NCBI GenBank assembly: GCA_035460505.1
Contig: DATHWP010000091.1
Span: 14,554-78,553, forward strand
Length of the DNA stretch: 64,000 nt
Direction of reading: 5' to 3'
DNA from: Methyloradius sp.
GTDB lineage: Bacteria > Pseudomonadota > Gammaproteobacteria > Burkholderiales > Methylophilaceae
Both the position numbers and the translations under genes were made by a program. The stretch's first letter is position 1, and every line of letters begins with the position of its first letter. The notes beneath the pieces are model-generated. The model was not told the origin of the DNA. It ran no database searches and saw only the letters and a list, made by a program, of their open reading frames with translations. Positions 19,197 to 28,975 of the stretch are shown here, piece after piece.

Positions 19197-21733
19197 AGTT
19201 GCCCTCCCGAAATGTCCATAGGGAGTATCAGCGTGAACTCGCTGCCCCTTAACCATTCGCTACGCACCGAAATATCACCACCCATCAATGCACTTAATTT
19301 TCGGCAAATGGCTAAACCCAGTCCTGTGCCTTCATGCTGGCGAGATAGGCCTGTATCGATTTGATGAAATGCTTGGAACAACAATTGAATATCATGGGGC
19401 TTGATGCCAATACCCGTGTCTTTTATCCGAAAACACACAACGGTCTGTGGGCGGGAGGTATCAGGAAAACTGAAGTCATGAATCAACTCTACTGCTAGTG
19501 AAACATGGCCTTGCTCAGTAAACTTGATGGCATTATTCAGCAGGTTAATCAATACTTGCTCGAGGCGACGGCGGTCATTCACCATCTCGCCAAGGTCATG
19601 AGGAATATTGCTTTCAAGCACTAGACCTTTCTTGTCTGCCATGGGTTTCACCAAGCTGATGGCGCGCTCAATAGACTCAGTTAAGTTAAAGCGTTCGGGT
19701 TTTACTTCTAACTGCCCGGCTTCAATTTTTGAAATGTCCAGCACGTCATTAATCAATTCAAGCAAGTGGCGTGCGCTGCCGCGTACCATACCCAGCTGTT
19801 TCGATTGCTCTGGATTCAATGGCCCTGCCAGCCCTTGTAATATGATGCCAGTGAAGCCAATGATGGAGTTCAATGGCGTTCTCAGTTCGTGAGACATGGT
19901 GGCGAGAAACGCTGATTTAATACGGTCAGCTGCTTCAGCGCGCACCAATGCAGTATTTAATTCTTCGGTGCGTTCTACAACTCGGCGCTCCAGATTGGTG
20001 TTTAATTCACGGATGGTATCTTCAGCCTGACGTTGTTCGGTGATGTCAGAACCAATACTGAGAATTTCTACTATTTTGCCTAGCTCATCACAGACAAATT
20101 TGTTGGTCCAAACAATCCATACTAATTCGCCATTTTTACGAATATTCTGGTTAATGTTTTGCTCATAAGCCATGGGGTTGATGCGAATATTGTCCATCAG
20201 GGTCTGCATATCGCGACCATCTTGGTCGGCCGATGGCACAATCGTGCCTACTAAAGGCAGCCCAATAATTTCTTCTTGTGCATAGCCAAAGTAGCGCTGA
20301 CCAAATTCATTGAGGAAAGTAATTTTCCCTTCGGAATCCCAACGCAAAATAATACTGTTGGCATGTTCTACCAGTTCACGGTATTTATGTTCACTCTCGA
20401 CTAATTTTAATTCCGCTTGCTCATGTTCACTGACATCCAGACCCATCCCAACCAAGCAATCTACGCCGTTGAAAATCACTTTTCTGCCAGTAAAAAAGTA
20501 GGTAGTGGTTTTGCCATCTTTAGACAAAAAAGAAGCTTTTACCGAAGACTCTCCTTTTTCAAACACTTCTGCAATTTTCTCTCTCAGTAGCTGTTGTTCT
20601 TCTTTAGCAAAGAAATCCAGCGGGTGCATCTGGGCGATTTCATCTGCGCTGTAGCCTGAAGCCGTTTCGAAATTTCTATTCCAGCGTAAAAACTTACCTT
20701 TCAGGTCATAAAAATAAAGTATGCCTGGCATACTTTCAATCATCTGGTCTGAGAATAGCTTTTCATTTTTTGCAATACGGTCTGCTTGCACCCGAGCCTC
20801 TTCGCGCATCAGGTTATCCAGGGCGAATGAAATATTGGCTGCTGATTCTTCTAGTAGTGCGATTTCTTTATTCTTGAAAAAGTATGCCGCGGTCGAATAC
20901 ACGGTCAAAGTGCCACATACTTGGCCATTTTGTCTGATAGGGAATGCGGCAGAAGAGTGAAAATTACGCCTTTTGATTTCATCTAGCCAAGGCAATAATA
21001 TGGGGTCGTTCTGCATGTTATTGCAGATATAAGACTTCCCAGTACGAAACGCTGAGCCTATTGGCCCTCTGCCTTCTGGTCTGTCATCACCATAAATCTT
21101 AATGTTGGTAGTGAAGTAATTATCGTCTCCAGAAGCCGCTACGGGCATAATTTGCTGTGTATCTGGATTATGCCAGCCTATCCAGACCATATCGAAACCA
21201 CCAAATTCAAACAGTGCATGACATATTTTGTCAAAGAGTTCTGCTTGTGTTGGCATGCGAGCAATGGCTTGGTTCACTTGGCTTAATGCAGCATACAGGT
21301 TAGATAAGCGCGTAATTTCACGCTCATTTTCTTTGATTGCAGTCAAATCACGCACTATGCCGAACAAATTACCATCGGGCATCTCAGTAGCAATCACCTC
21401 GGCGGTGAAAAAAGAGCCATCCTTACGTTTGAATTGCCATTCTCTGTTGTGATTGTTTTGGCTGTTGATTTCATCCAGCGCAAGTTGAATATGTGGTGTC
21501 TCGCTCGCTGAGACAATTTGAGATGCATGCATGCCAATGAGCTCGGTTCGGCTGTAACCCAGCATTTTGCATATGCTGGGATTCGCATCCAAATAATAGC
21601 TGTTGCGGTCTGCAATCAGGATGCCATTGGGGGCATAGTCAAAGAGTGAACGGTAACGTGCATCTACTGCCTGTGATTGAATACCATCACTGAGTTCAGT
21701 ATTAGATGAATGTTTGACGTGTTGATTTTTCAC
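19193..21733 (-). CDS. Cytoplasmic PAS-GAF-PAS-PAS sensor histidine kinase
   Basis: MSHELRTPLN H-box, NLLNNAIKF, DTGIG, GTGLGL; three PAS repeats and a GAF; no transmembrane segment seen. Confidence 0.92.
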   Translation of the reverse strand: MKNQHVKHSSNTELSDGIQSQAVDARYRSLFDYAPNGILIADRNSYYLDANPSICKMLGYSRTELIGMHASQIVSASETPHIQLALDEINSQNNHNREWQFKRKDGSFFTAEVIATEMPDGNLFGIVRDLTAIKENEREITRLSNLYAALSQVNQAIARMPTQAELFDKICHALFEFGGFDMVWIGWHNPDTQQIMPVAASGDDNYFTTNIKIYGDDRPEGRGPIGSAFRTGKSYICNNMQNDPILLPWLDEIKRRNFHSSAAFPIRQNGQVCGTLTVYSTAAYFFKNKEIALLEESAANISFALDNLMREEARVQADRIAKNEKLFSDQMIESMPGILYFYDLKGKFLRWNRNFETASGYSADEIAQMHPLDFFAKEEQQLLREKIAEVFEKGESSVKASFLSKDGKTTTYFFTGRKVIFNGVDCLVGMGLDVSEHEQAELKLVESEHKYRELVEHANSIILRWDSEGKITFLNEFGQRYFGYAQEEIIGLPLVGTIVPSADQDGRDMQTLMDNIRINPMAYEQNINQNIRKNGELVWIVWTNKFVCDELGKIVEILSIGSDITEQRQAEDTIRELNTNLERRVVERTEELNTALVRAEAADRIKSAFLATMSHELRTPLNSIIGFTGIILQGLAGPLNPEQSKQLGMVRGSARHLLELINDVLDISKIEAGQLEVKPERFNLTESIERAISLVKPMADKKGLVLESNIPHDLGEMVNDRRRLEQVLINLLNNAIKFTEQGHVSLAVELIHDFSFPDTSRPQTVVCFRIKDTGIGIKPHDIQLLFQAFHQIDTGLSRQHEGTGLGLAICRKLSALMGGDISVRSEWLRGSEFTLILPMDISGGQL

Positions 21734-21839
21734 GCTTATTAGCCTCTTAGGTAACGAAATCCTAACAGCTTTAGAGGCTAATGTGTTTTCTTAATAGTTC
21801 TGAGATTTGTGCTTTGATTAACAGGTTGATGCAGGTGTT

Positions 21840-22718
21840 TTAACTATTGATCAGCTTTACCGAGACCTCAACATCCAGCGTATGCGAGCCACCACCCAGC
21901 ACAATACCGTGCATGGGTGATACATCACTGAAATCACGGCCCCAGGCTACGGTGATATGTTCGTTTTGCACGAGGCAATTATTGGTGGGGTCAAAATCTA
22001 TCCAGCCATAAACTGGGCAATAAACTGATACCCAGGCGTGCGATGCATCAGCACCCACCATGTCTTCCTGGCCTGGTGCGCGATGTGTGAGTATGTAGCC
22101 GCTGATATAGCGGCAAGATAATCCAAGGCTACGTAGGCAGCCTATCATCAGGTGTGAAAAGTCTTGGCACACACCGTGTTTGTTTTCTAACACTTCGCTT
22201 AACGGGGTGTCGATATGCGTGGCATCTGGGTCAAAATCGAACTCATTGTAGATGCGTTGCGTGAGGTCAAACGCCGCTTGTAGGAGTGATTTGTTGGGGC
22301 TGAAACTTAAGCGTGCGTAGTCAGCAAGTGCATCGCTGCAAGCCACATAAGGCGAGCCAAATAAAAAGGCCTGCGCATCCTGGTTTTGTCCATTCAGCAT
22401 ACGCAGATTGTCTCTGACTGTTTCCCAAGCTGGGCTTTGATACAGATCACCAAGTTTAAGCCGTGGCATCAGCTGCACTTCAAAACTTGAATTAACAGCA
22501 AGCTCGCGATGTGGCGTGACCATGGCGAAATAATCAGTGATATTGCCAAAGTAATCGTGTTTTTTTAATGATTCATTGGGTGGTGGTGTGATCTCAAGCG
22601 TATGGGTCAGGCAGGTCTGCGCATAAAAATCACGCGGTGACATGTGCAGCAATTGCTGCGAGAGCATTACTGGACCTTCATAGTAGTAGTGGGTGTTGTG
22701 TAAAACGCGATAACGCAT
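21840..22718 (-). CDS. Transglutaminase family protein (Bact_transglu_N plus core)
   Basis: Cys-His-Asp triad motifs GVCQDFSH, ASHAW, FDPTN; GRDFSDV. Confidence 0.93.
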   Translation of the reverse strand: MRYRVLHNTHYYYEGPVMLSQQLLHMSPRDFYAQTCLTHTLEITPPPNESLKKHDYFGNITDYFAMVTPHRELAVNSSFEVQLMPRLKLGDLYQSPAWETVRDNLRMLNGQNQDAQAFLFGSPYVACSDALADYARLSFSPNKSLLQAAFDLTQRIYNEFDFDPDATHIDTPLSEVLENKHGVCQDFSHLMIGCLRSLGLSCRYISGYILTHRAPGQEDMVGADASHAWVSVYCPVYGWIDFDPTNNCLVQNEHITVAWGRDFSDVSPMHGIVLGGGSHTLDVEVSVKLINS

Positions 22719-22733
22719 GGGTATTATTTGAGC

Positions 22734-25343
22734 CTAAAAATTGAATATCTCTTGCTGCGATATTTCTTGGGCAGAGAGTTCTTGAAGTTGCCCAGAGTAA
22801 CTGAAAAAACGGTGACTGAGGCTGTCAGACAGGGCAATGCTGGCATTGTAGGTTTCATCCAGCCAAGCAATCAACTCTGTATTGCCTTGGCGGAACACCA
22901 CGTCAGGGTCAAATAGGCGCAATGCGGCTAAACGGCCAATAAACTGGCCTTCGCCGCCGCTGCCGTAGGTGGCCGTGATTTGGGCGAGATATTTAATCAG
23001 GCCTTTGAGCTGGAACACCATGGCGTTTGGGTTGTTCTCATCCATCAGGATTAAGTCTAACATCGGCAGCCACTCGGCTTGCGAGGAATATCGATAGCGG
23101 TAGGTGACAATGCTATCAGTTAGTTCTAGCACCCAATCCAAATTGCTCTCTGCGGGCATTTTCAATGCACGGCTTAATAGGGTACACAAAAACTGCAAGC
23201 GCTCGATACGACGGCCAATCGACATGAAGCGCCAGCCTTGGTCACGCGTCATGCCATCCAGCGTGAAGCCTGATAATGTGACTAGGGATGCCGTGGTTTC
23301 ATCTAGTATCAATAAGCCCTCGCTGAGTGTGGCTGATTCAGGGCTGTCGGTAAAACGCTGCGCCATCTGGTTAATGTTGCGCCAGTTGTCGCTGGAAAGT
23401 CGTTCGCGCAGGTTAAATGCGAGGGTCTGGAAACCTTGGATATGGCTGGCCAAGCTTGGCGAATCAGATGAAAAAATGCCCGAAACCAGCAGTGACTCGA
23501 TTAACTCATCACTCAGTTCGGGTTCTGCCAAAGAGCCTAATGCTTCACTAGATTTAATCCGTGGATTTTCTTCGTTATCCGCAGACATCAGCCCATACCA
23601 GTTGCACAGCCCTTGTATGGTTGGCCATTCCATTGCGCGATGCTCGGTGGTGAATTCCATGAAACAGTGGATCGCTGTGCGTAGCAATCTCGAAAAATGG
23701 TGATTGCGTACCGCATAGCGACCAAACCAGAACAGGTTTTCTACCATGCGGCTAGAAAGATTGGCATTGCCTTTAACCAAGTCGCGGCTAGATGATGTCT
23801 TGCGCAACAGGCTGCGGTAGCTAGTCACATAAGGCGCTGTTACCCAGGTATCTTTGCTGGTGCCACCATTTTGCATGGTGATCACACGTTCGTCTTGACC
23901 GCTAGCGACACGCGTTAACCCACCCGGCATGACCACGTAACCTTGTGGTGTGGCGCAGGCGTAAAGGCGTAGACCTACAGCGAGTGAGCCAAGTGCTGGT
24001 TCATCTTTGCCAGTCTCTGCATTCCAAACGGGGGCTTGCGAAATCTTTACCTGCTCTTGCGCCACATAGTTTTGTGGATTGGCACAGAGTTTGGCAATTA
24101 GCGCGTCACGCTCAGCGTGGTTCAGGTCTTCACCAAAAATTGGTTGCTCGTTGATTTGTGGGAATGCTGGTTTTATGACTAAGGTATGCAGATTTTCAAT
24201 CACCGTTTCAAGCGCATGCGGCTCACCACACCACCATGTGGCGACGGATGGCATCAATAGTGATTCGCCAAGCAAACGGCGGCAGAGGCTAGGTAAAAAT
24301 CCGAGCAAAGCACCAGTTTGCAGCAAATTAGAACCTAAGCTATTAGCAATCAGTACATTACCGCGGCGTGCTACTTCAGTAAGGCCTGCGATACCGAGTA
24401 CGGAAATGGAATTGAGTTCCAGCGGGTCGCAGAAGTCATCATCCAGACGCCGCAATATGGTGTGTACTGGTTTAAGGCCAGACAGTGTTTTTAGCCAGAC
24501 TACACCATTGCGCACGGTGAGGTCATTACCCTGTACCAGTGGAAAGCCCAGATAGCCTGCGAGATAAGATTGCTCGTGGTAGGTTTCGTTGTAAGGGCCT
24601 GGGGTGAGCAGTACTGTGAGTGGTTGCTCACCATCGCCCAACGCTTTTATTTTTGGGTTACTGCGAGACTGATTAGCCGCACAGACTCTACCCCAATAGG
24701 CAAGGCTGTCGCGCATAGTGGCAAAAAATCCACTCAGGCGCTGTACGTTCAGATCACGAAATAACTCGGGGAATGCGCTGGAGATAATCAGGCGGTTTTC
24801 CAGCGCATAACCTGCGCCAGAGGGCGCTTGTGTACGATCTGCCACTACCCACCAGCGGCCATCGGGCGAGCGTGCCAAATCAACTGCATAAGTGTGTAGA
24901 GAGTAATTATCTGGGTACTTAATGCCATGACAAGGCCGCAAAAATCCAGCATGGCCATGTATTAGGGCTGGCGGAAGAATGCCTTCTTTTAGCAGGTTTT
25001 GGTCACCATACACATCGTTAAGTATGGCGTTAAGTAAGGTCGCTCGTTGGATAACGGCGGCTTCTATCCCTGCCCATTCTTCATGCGGTAGGATAAATGG
25101 AAGTACATCAAGTCCCCAAGGCCGCTGCAAGCCTTTTGTATCTGCATACACATTGTAGGTGACACCATTTTCACGGACTTGGCGTTGGATAGATTCTACG
25201 CGCTCACGCATTTGCGCAGGACTCACTTGCTCAAGCGTGCTAATCAGCTCTTGCCAGTGCGGGCGAGGTTTGCCTGATGACTCAAGCAACTCATCGTGGC
25301 GGTCTTGATGGCCAGGATAACTATTCAAAATCGATTCCAACAT
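22734..25343 (-). CDS. Circularly permuted type 2 ATP-grasp / alpha-E fusion protein
   Basis: GVTYNVY, ADRTQAPSGAGYALENR, ILRRLDDDFCDPLEL, MPGGLTRV, SKDTWV, then SRMVENLFWFGRY and GRRIERL; start at ATG 25343 inferred (track start 25370). Confidence 0.9.
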   Translation of the reverse strand: MLESILNSYPGHQDRHDELLESSGKPRPHWQELISTLEQVSPAQMRERVESIQRQVRENGVTYNVYADTKGLQRPWGLDVLPFILPHEEWAGIEAAVIQRATLLNAILNDVYGDQNLLKEGILPPALIHGHAGFLRPCHGIKYPDNYSLHTYAVDLARSPDGRWWVVADRTQAPSGAGYALENRLIISSAFPELFRDLNVQRLSGFFATMRDSLAYWGRVCAANQSRSNPKIKALGDGEQPLTVLLTPGPYNETYHEQSYLAGYLGFPLVQGNDLTVRNGVVWLKTLSGLKPVHTILRRLDDDFCDPLELNSISVLGIAGLTEVARRGNVLIANSLGSNLLQTGALLGFLPSLCRRLLGESLLMPSVATWWCGEPHALETVIENLHTLVIKPAFPQINEQPIFGEDLNHAERDALIAKLCANPQNYVAQEQVKISQAPVWNAETGKDEPALGSLAVGLRLYACATPQGYVVMPGGLTRVASGQDERVITMQNGGTSKDTWVTAPYVTSYRSLLRKTSSSRDLVKGNANLSSRMVENLFWFGRYAVRNHHFSRLLRTAIHCFMEFTTEHRAMEWPTIQGLCNWYGLMSADNEENPRIKSSEALGSLAEPELSDELIESLLVSGIFSSDSPSLASHIQGFQTLAFNLRERLSSDNWRNINQMAQRFTDSPESATLSEGLLILDETTASLVTLSGFTLDGMTRDQGWRFMSIGRRIERLQFLCTLLSRALKMPAESNLDWVLELTDSIVTYRYRYSSQAEWLPMLDLILMDENNPNAMVFQLKGLIKYLAQITATYGSGGEGQFIGRLAALRLFDPDVVFRQGNTELIAWLDETYNASIALSDSLSHRFFSYSGQLQELSAQEISQQEIFNF

Positions 25344-25465
25344 TCCTCCGACCACCTTTACTACCCTCAATGCTCAGTCCATGAACTCTTTAGAATTCTG
25401 GCTATATTGATAGAAGAGCTTTTATATTTGTTTTATCCGTCAGACAAGCGCCTGAAAGTATTAAA

Positions 25466-25498
25466 TGCATATAGGTTAAAAAAGTTAACCTATATGCA
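25466..25498. repeat. Perfect 14-bp inverted repeat inside the operon
   Basis: TGCATATAGGTTAA-AAAAG-TTAACCTATATGCA. Confidence 0.7.
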
Positions 25499-25514
25499 AC
25501 TTTAATTACCTATA

Positions 25515-28500
25515 TTAAACATCTTGCCAGCGCAGGTCTAGCGTAAAAGGAAAGCGGGGATTCCGTTGTTCTTCTTCAATTTGCCTTGCGCCTGGCGTGT
25601 GACCATGCCCCCAGAAGCGTGTAAAGCGACGTGCTTCTGCCTCTAGCGCATTGACGGGGAAGGTCGCGTAATTGCGGCCACCAGGATGCGAGACATGATA
25701 AGTACAGCCACCAATTGCGCGGCCACTCCAGGTGTCGACCAAGTCAAATACGAGAGGGGCATGCGGTTTGATGGTTGGGTGTAGGGCAGACCAAGGATCC
25801 CATGCGCGGAATCTCACGCCAGCCACATATTCACCAGCAACGCCTGTTGGTTGTAGCGGCAACGGACGGCCATTACAGGTGACGATGTGGCGCGAGTCAG
25901 TCAGGCCGCGCACTCGCAATTGCATGCGTTCGACGGACGAATCTACATAGCGTGCAGTACCACCGCCTGCCATTTCTTCGCCCAGCACATTCCATGGCTC
26001 AATCGCCTGCCTGAGTTCAAGCTCCACGCCTTCATAAGCCACTGTGCCATACCGAGGAAAGCGGAATTCGATGAATGGGTCAAACCAGCGCTTTTCAAAT
26101 TTGTAGCCAGCGCGATTTAAATCCTTCACTACATCGGCCATATCTTGTGCAATGAAGTGGGGCAGCATCCAGCGGTCATGTAGCTCAGTACCCCAATGGA
26201 TGAGCTTGCCTTGATATGGCTCGCGCCAGAAACGTGCAACGAGTGCACGCAGTAGCAGCATCTGCAGCAAGCTCATGCGTGCATGCGGTGGCATTTCGAA
26301 GGCGCGGAATTCAACCAGGCCAAGACGGCCAGTCGGGCCATCTGGCGAATAAAGCTTATCAATCGAGAATTCAGCGCGGTGGGTGTTGCCAGTCAGGTCA
26401 ACGAGTAGGTTACGTAGCAACCTATCAACCAGCCACGGCCGTTCGCTTTCTGCGGTATCTGGCAGTACTTTATCCATTTGCTGAAAAGCAATCGCCAGTT
26501 CGTAAAGATTGTCATCACGTGCCTCATCTACCCGTGGTGATTGGCTGGTAGGTCCGATGAACGTGCCTGAAAACAGGTAAGACAGTGCAGGGTGATTTTG
26601 CCAATAACTGATCAGGCTTTTTAGCACATCAGGGCGGCGTAGCATCGGGCTATCTGCAGCAGTTGCGCCACCTAGGGTGGCATGATTGCCGCCACCAGTC
26701 CCAGTATGGCGACCATCCAGCATGAACTTTTCTGTACCGAGCCGCGTTTGGCGGGCTTCTTCATAGAGGATGGTCATCTTATCGACCAGTTCACGCCAGG
26801 TACTGGATGGATGAATGTTCACTTCAATCACGCCAGGGTCAGGTGTGACACTCAGCACCTTGATGCGCGCATCGCGCGGCGGGGTGTAGCCTTCAATCCA
26901 TAATTTAAGCTTGAGTTCAGCAGCGGTTTGTTCAACCGTGGCAATCAGCGCTAGATAATCTTCAATGCGCACAACGGGTGGCATAAACACATGCAGGCGA
27001 CCATCGCGCACTTGCACACACAGTGCTGTAAACACAACTTCGCGCGGCAGCGGTTTTTCCTTGAGTATTCTTTTGGCAACTATGCCTGGCGTAGTGGCAT
27101 CTGGTAATTCAGCCAGTTTTGCAAACGGGTCAACAGGAAACGCAGGGTCCACATCTTCAGGTAGCAGCTCTGGGAGCGAGGCCAGCGGTAGTCGCAACCC
27201 CATAGGTGAGTCCCCAGCCAGCAAATACAGGTGTTCGCGCTTAAGTGGCCACTTACTTGTGAGCCAGTTGCTGACATTCTTTTTGCGAGTTTCCTCGGGT
27301 TTGATCGGCATGACATAGCCAACAGTTTCATTCAGGCCAGTCTCCAGAAGCTTTGCCAGCCTGCGGCGTTCTTCGCTATCTTTTAAATTCGCTTTGAGCG
27401 GATCCACATTTTCTGGCAGGCGTAATTCCATCACCGATTGCTGCAGCACATCCTCATAAGCAGGAATCAGGCAGGCAGTTGGCAGCCCTAAATTAGTCGC
27501 GAGTTTTGCCGAGAATTGCTCGGCATGCGCTGCAGTATATTGATCTGATATTTTTTCATCGGAAAAAAGTGATGCGTCTTGCCATATTGGCTTACCGTCT
27601 ACTCTCCAGTAGATATTGATTGCCCAGCGCGGCAATGGCTCGCCTGGGTACCATTTACCTTGCCCATAATGCAGTAAACCGCCAGGCGCAAAATGTTGCT
27701 TAAGCTTGAGTGAAAGCTCGCCTGCCATCTCGCGTTTTTTAGCACCGTGGGCGGCTACATTCCACTCGGCACCTTCCATATCGTCAATCGAGACAAAAGT
27801 CGGCTCACCGCCTTGCGTCAGCCGTACATCTTGTTTCTTGAGATCAGCATCTACTTTCTGGCCAAGCTTATCGATTCTCAGCCAGTCAGCTTCGCTGTAA
27901 GGCTTGGTGACGCGTGGGTCTTCGTGAATCCGAGTGACTGACATCTCATGGGTGAAAATCACCTCGGCTCTATCTGACATGCCTGTCACAGGCGCAGCAG
28001 AAGATGGGGTTGCAGTGCAGGCCAGCGGAATATGGCCTTCGCCTGCCATCAGGCCAGAGGTTGCATCCAGACCAATCCAGCCTGCACCTGGAATATAAAC
28101 TTCAGCCCAGGCATGCAAATCAGTGAAATCTACTGCTGTGCCGCTTGGACCATCCAAAGATTTGATGTCAGCCGCTAATTGGATTAAATAGCCAGACACG
28201 AAGCGCGCGGCCAGCCCAAAGTGGCGCATGATCTGCACCAACAGCCATGCGCTGTCACGGCAAGAGCCGGTGCGGTTGGTCAGGGTTTCTTCCGGCGTTT
28301 GCACACCTGGCTCCATGCGTACCAGATAGCCGATATCACCCTGTACCATCTGGTTAAGTGCGACCAGAAAATCACCAATACCAAGGTTTTGGCTAGAAAA
28401 TTTCTGCTCTGCCGCATTCAGCCAGTTCTGTAGTAAGGGGCCAATCGGGTCAGCCTTTAAATATGGGCTGAGTTCATGTTCGAGTTGTTCTGTGTACTTG

Positions 28501-28811
28501 AATGGATAAGTCTCGGCATATTTTTCAACGAAGAAATCAAACGGGTTGATGACTGTCATGTCTGCAACCAGATCGACCGTGAATTCAAGCTCACGCACCT
28601 TTTCAGGGAATACAAAGCGCGCGATGTAATTGCCGTAAGGGTCTTGCTGCCAGTTAATAAAATGCTTTTCGGGAATGACTGAAAGTGAATACGACAATAT
28701 GGGCGTGCGCGCATGCGCTGCGGGCTTTAACCTGACTTCATGCGGTGAGAGGCTGACTAGGCGATCAAACTGGTAACTGGTTTTATGGTGCAACGCGACA
28801 CGAATCGCCAT
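25515..28811 (-). CDS. Large transglutaminase / DUF2126 (putative amidoligase) fusion protein
   Basis: WQQDPYGN, GSCRDSAW, DLHAW, LDATSG; LTQGGEPTFVS, TPDPGVIEVN, GTGGGNH, GNTHRAEF, VEFRAFEMPPH. Confidence 0.92.
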   Translation of the reverse strand: MAIRVALHHKTSYQFDRLVSLSPHEVRLKPAAHARTPILSYSLSVIPEKHFINWQQDPYGNYIARFVFPEKVRELEFTVDLVADMTVINPFDFFVEKYAETYPFKYTEQLEHELSPYLKADPIGPLLQNWLNAAEQKFSSQNLGIGDFLVALNQMVQGDIGYLVRMEPGVQTPEETLTNRTGSCRDSAWLLVQIMRHFGLAARFVSGYLIQLAADIKSLDGPSGTAVDFTDLHAWAEVYIPGAGWIGLDATSGLMAGEGHIPLACTATPSSAAPVTGMSDRAEVIFTHEMSVTRIHEDPRVTKPYSEADWLRIDKLGQKVDADLKKQDVRLTQGGEPTFVSIDDMEGAEWNVAAHGAKKREMAGELSLKLKQHFAPGGLLHYGQGKWYPGEPLPRWAINIYWRVDGKPIWQDASLFSDEKISDQYTAAHAEQFSAKLATNLGLPTACLIPAYEDVLQQSVMELRLPENVDPLKANLKDSEERRRLAKLLETGLNETVGYVMPIKPEETRKKNVSNWLTSKWPLKREHLYLLAGDSPMGLRLPLASLPELLPEDVDPAFPVDPFAKLAELPDATTPGIVAKRILKEKPLPREVVFTALCVQVRDGRLHVFMPPVVRIEDYLALIATVEQTAAELKLKLWIEGYTPPRDARIKVLSVTPDPGVIEVNIHPSSTWRELVDKMTILYEEARQTRLGTEKFMLDGRHTGTGGGNHATLGGATAADSPMLRRPDVLKSLISYWQNHPALSYLFSGTFIGPTSQSPRVDEARDDNLYELAIAFQQMDKVLPDTAESERPWLVDRLLRNLLVDLTGNTHRAEFSIDKLYSPDGPTGRLGLVEFRAFEMPPHARMSLLQMLLLRALVARFWREPYQGKLIHWGTELHDRWMLPHFIAQDMADVVKDLNRAGYKFEKRWFDPFIEFRFPRYGTVAYEGVELELRQAIEPWNVLGEEMAGGGTARYVDSSVERMQLRVRGLTDSRHIVTCNGRPLPLQPTGVAGEYVAGVRFRAWDPWSALHPTIKPHAPLVFDLVDTWSGRAIGGCTYHVSHPGGRNYATFPVNALEAEARRFTRFWGHGHTPGARQIEEEQRNPRFPFTLDLRWQDV

Positions 28812-28890
28812 AACATTCCTTCAGTATTTTGCTTTATTGCTCAAGGTTTTTTGCGGGCTTGCTGCTGTATTTGCTTGCCTGTTGTAGTAC

Positions 28891-28906
28891 AGCAAGTTTT
28901 ATTCCG
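28891..28906 (-). promoter_or_regulatory. Probable sigma54 promoter of the DUF2126 operon
   Basis: Minus strand CGGAATAAAACTTGCT = GG-N10-GC with a TTGCT -12 element, about 80 bp upstream of the ATG. Confidence 0.5.
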
Positions 28907-28975
28907 AACTTGCGCATCTATCTGCCTGAATTATGCCCGTATCATGGGATAATTGATGAAATAATTGCAAATCTC

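Noticed and set aside
28829-28975. N-terminal extension of the helicase given in the ORF track
   Set aside because: It overlaps the divergent promoter region; the recognisable helicase sequence begins at ATG 28976.
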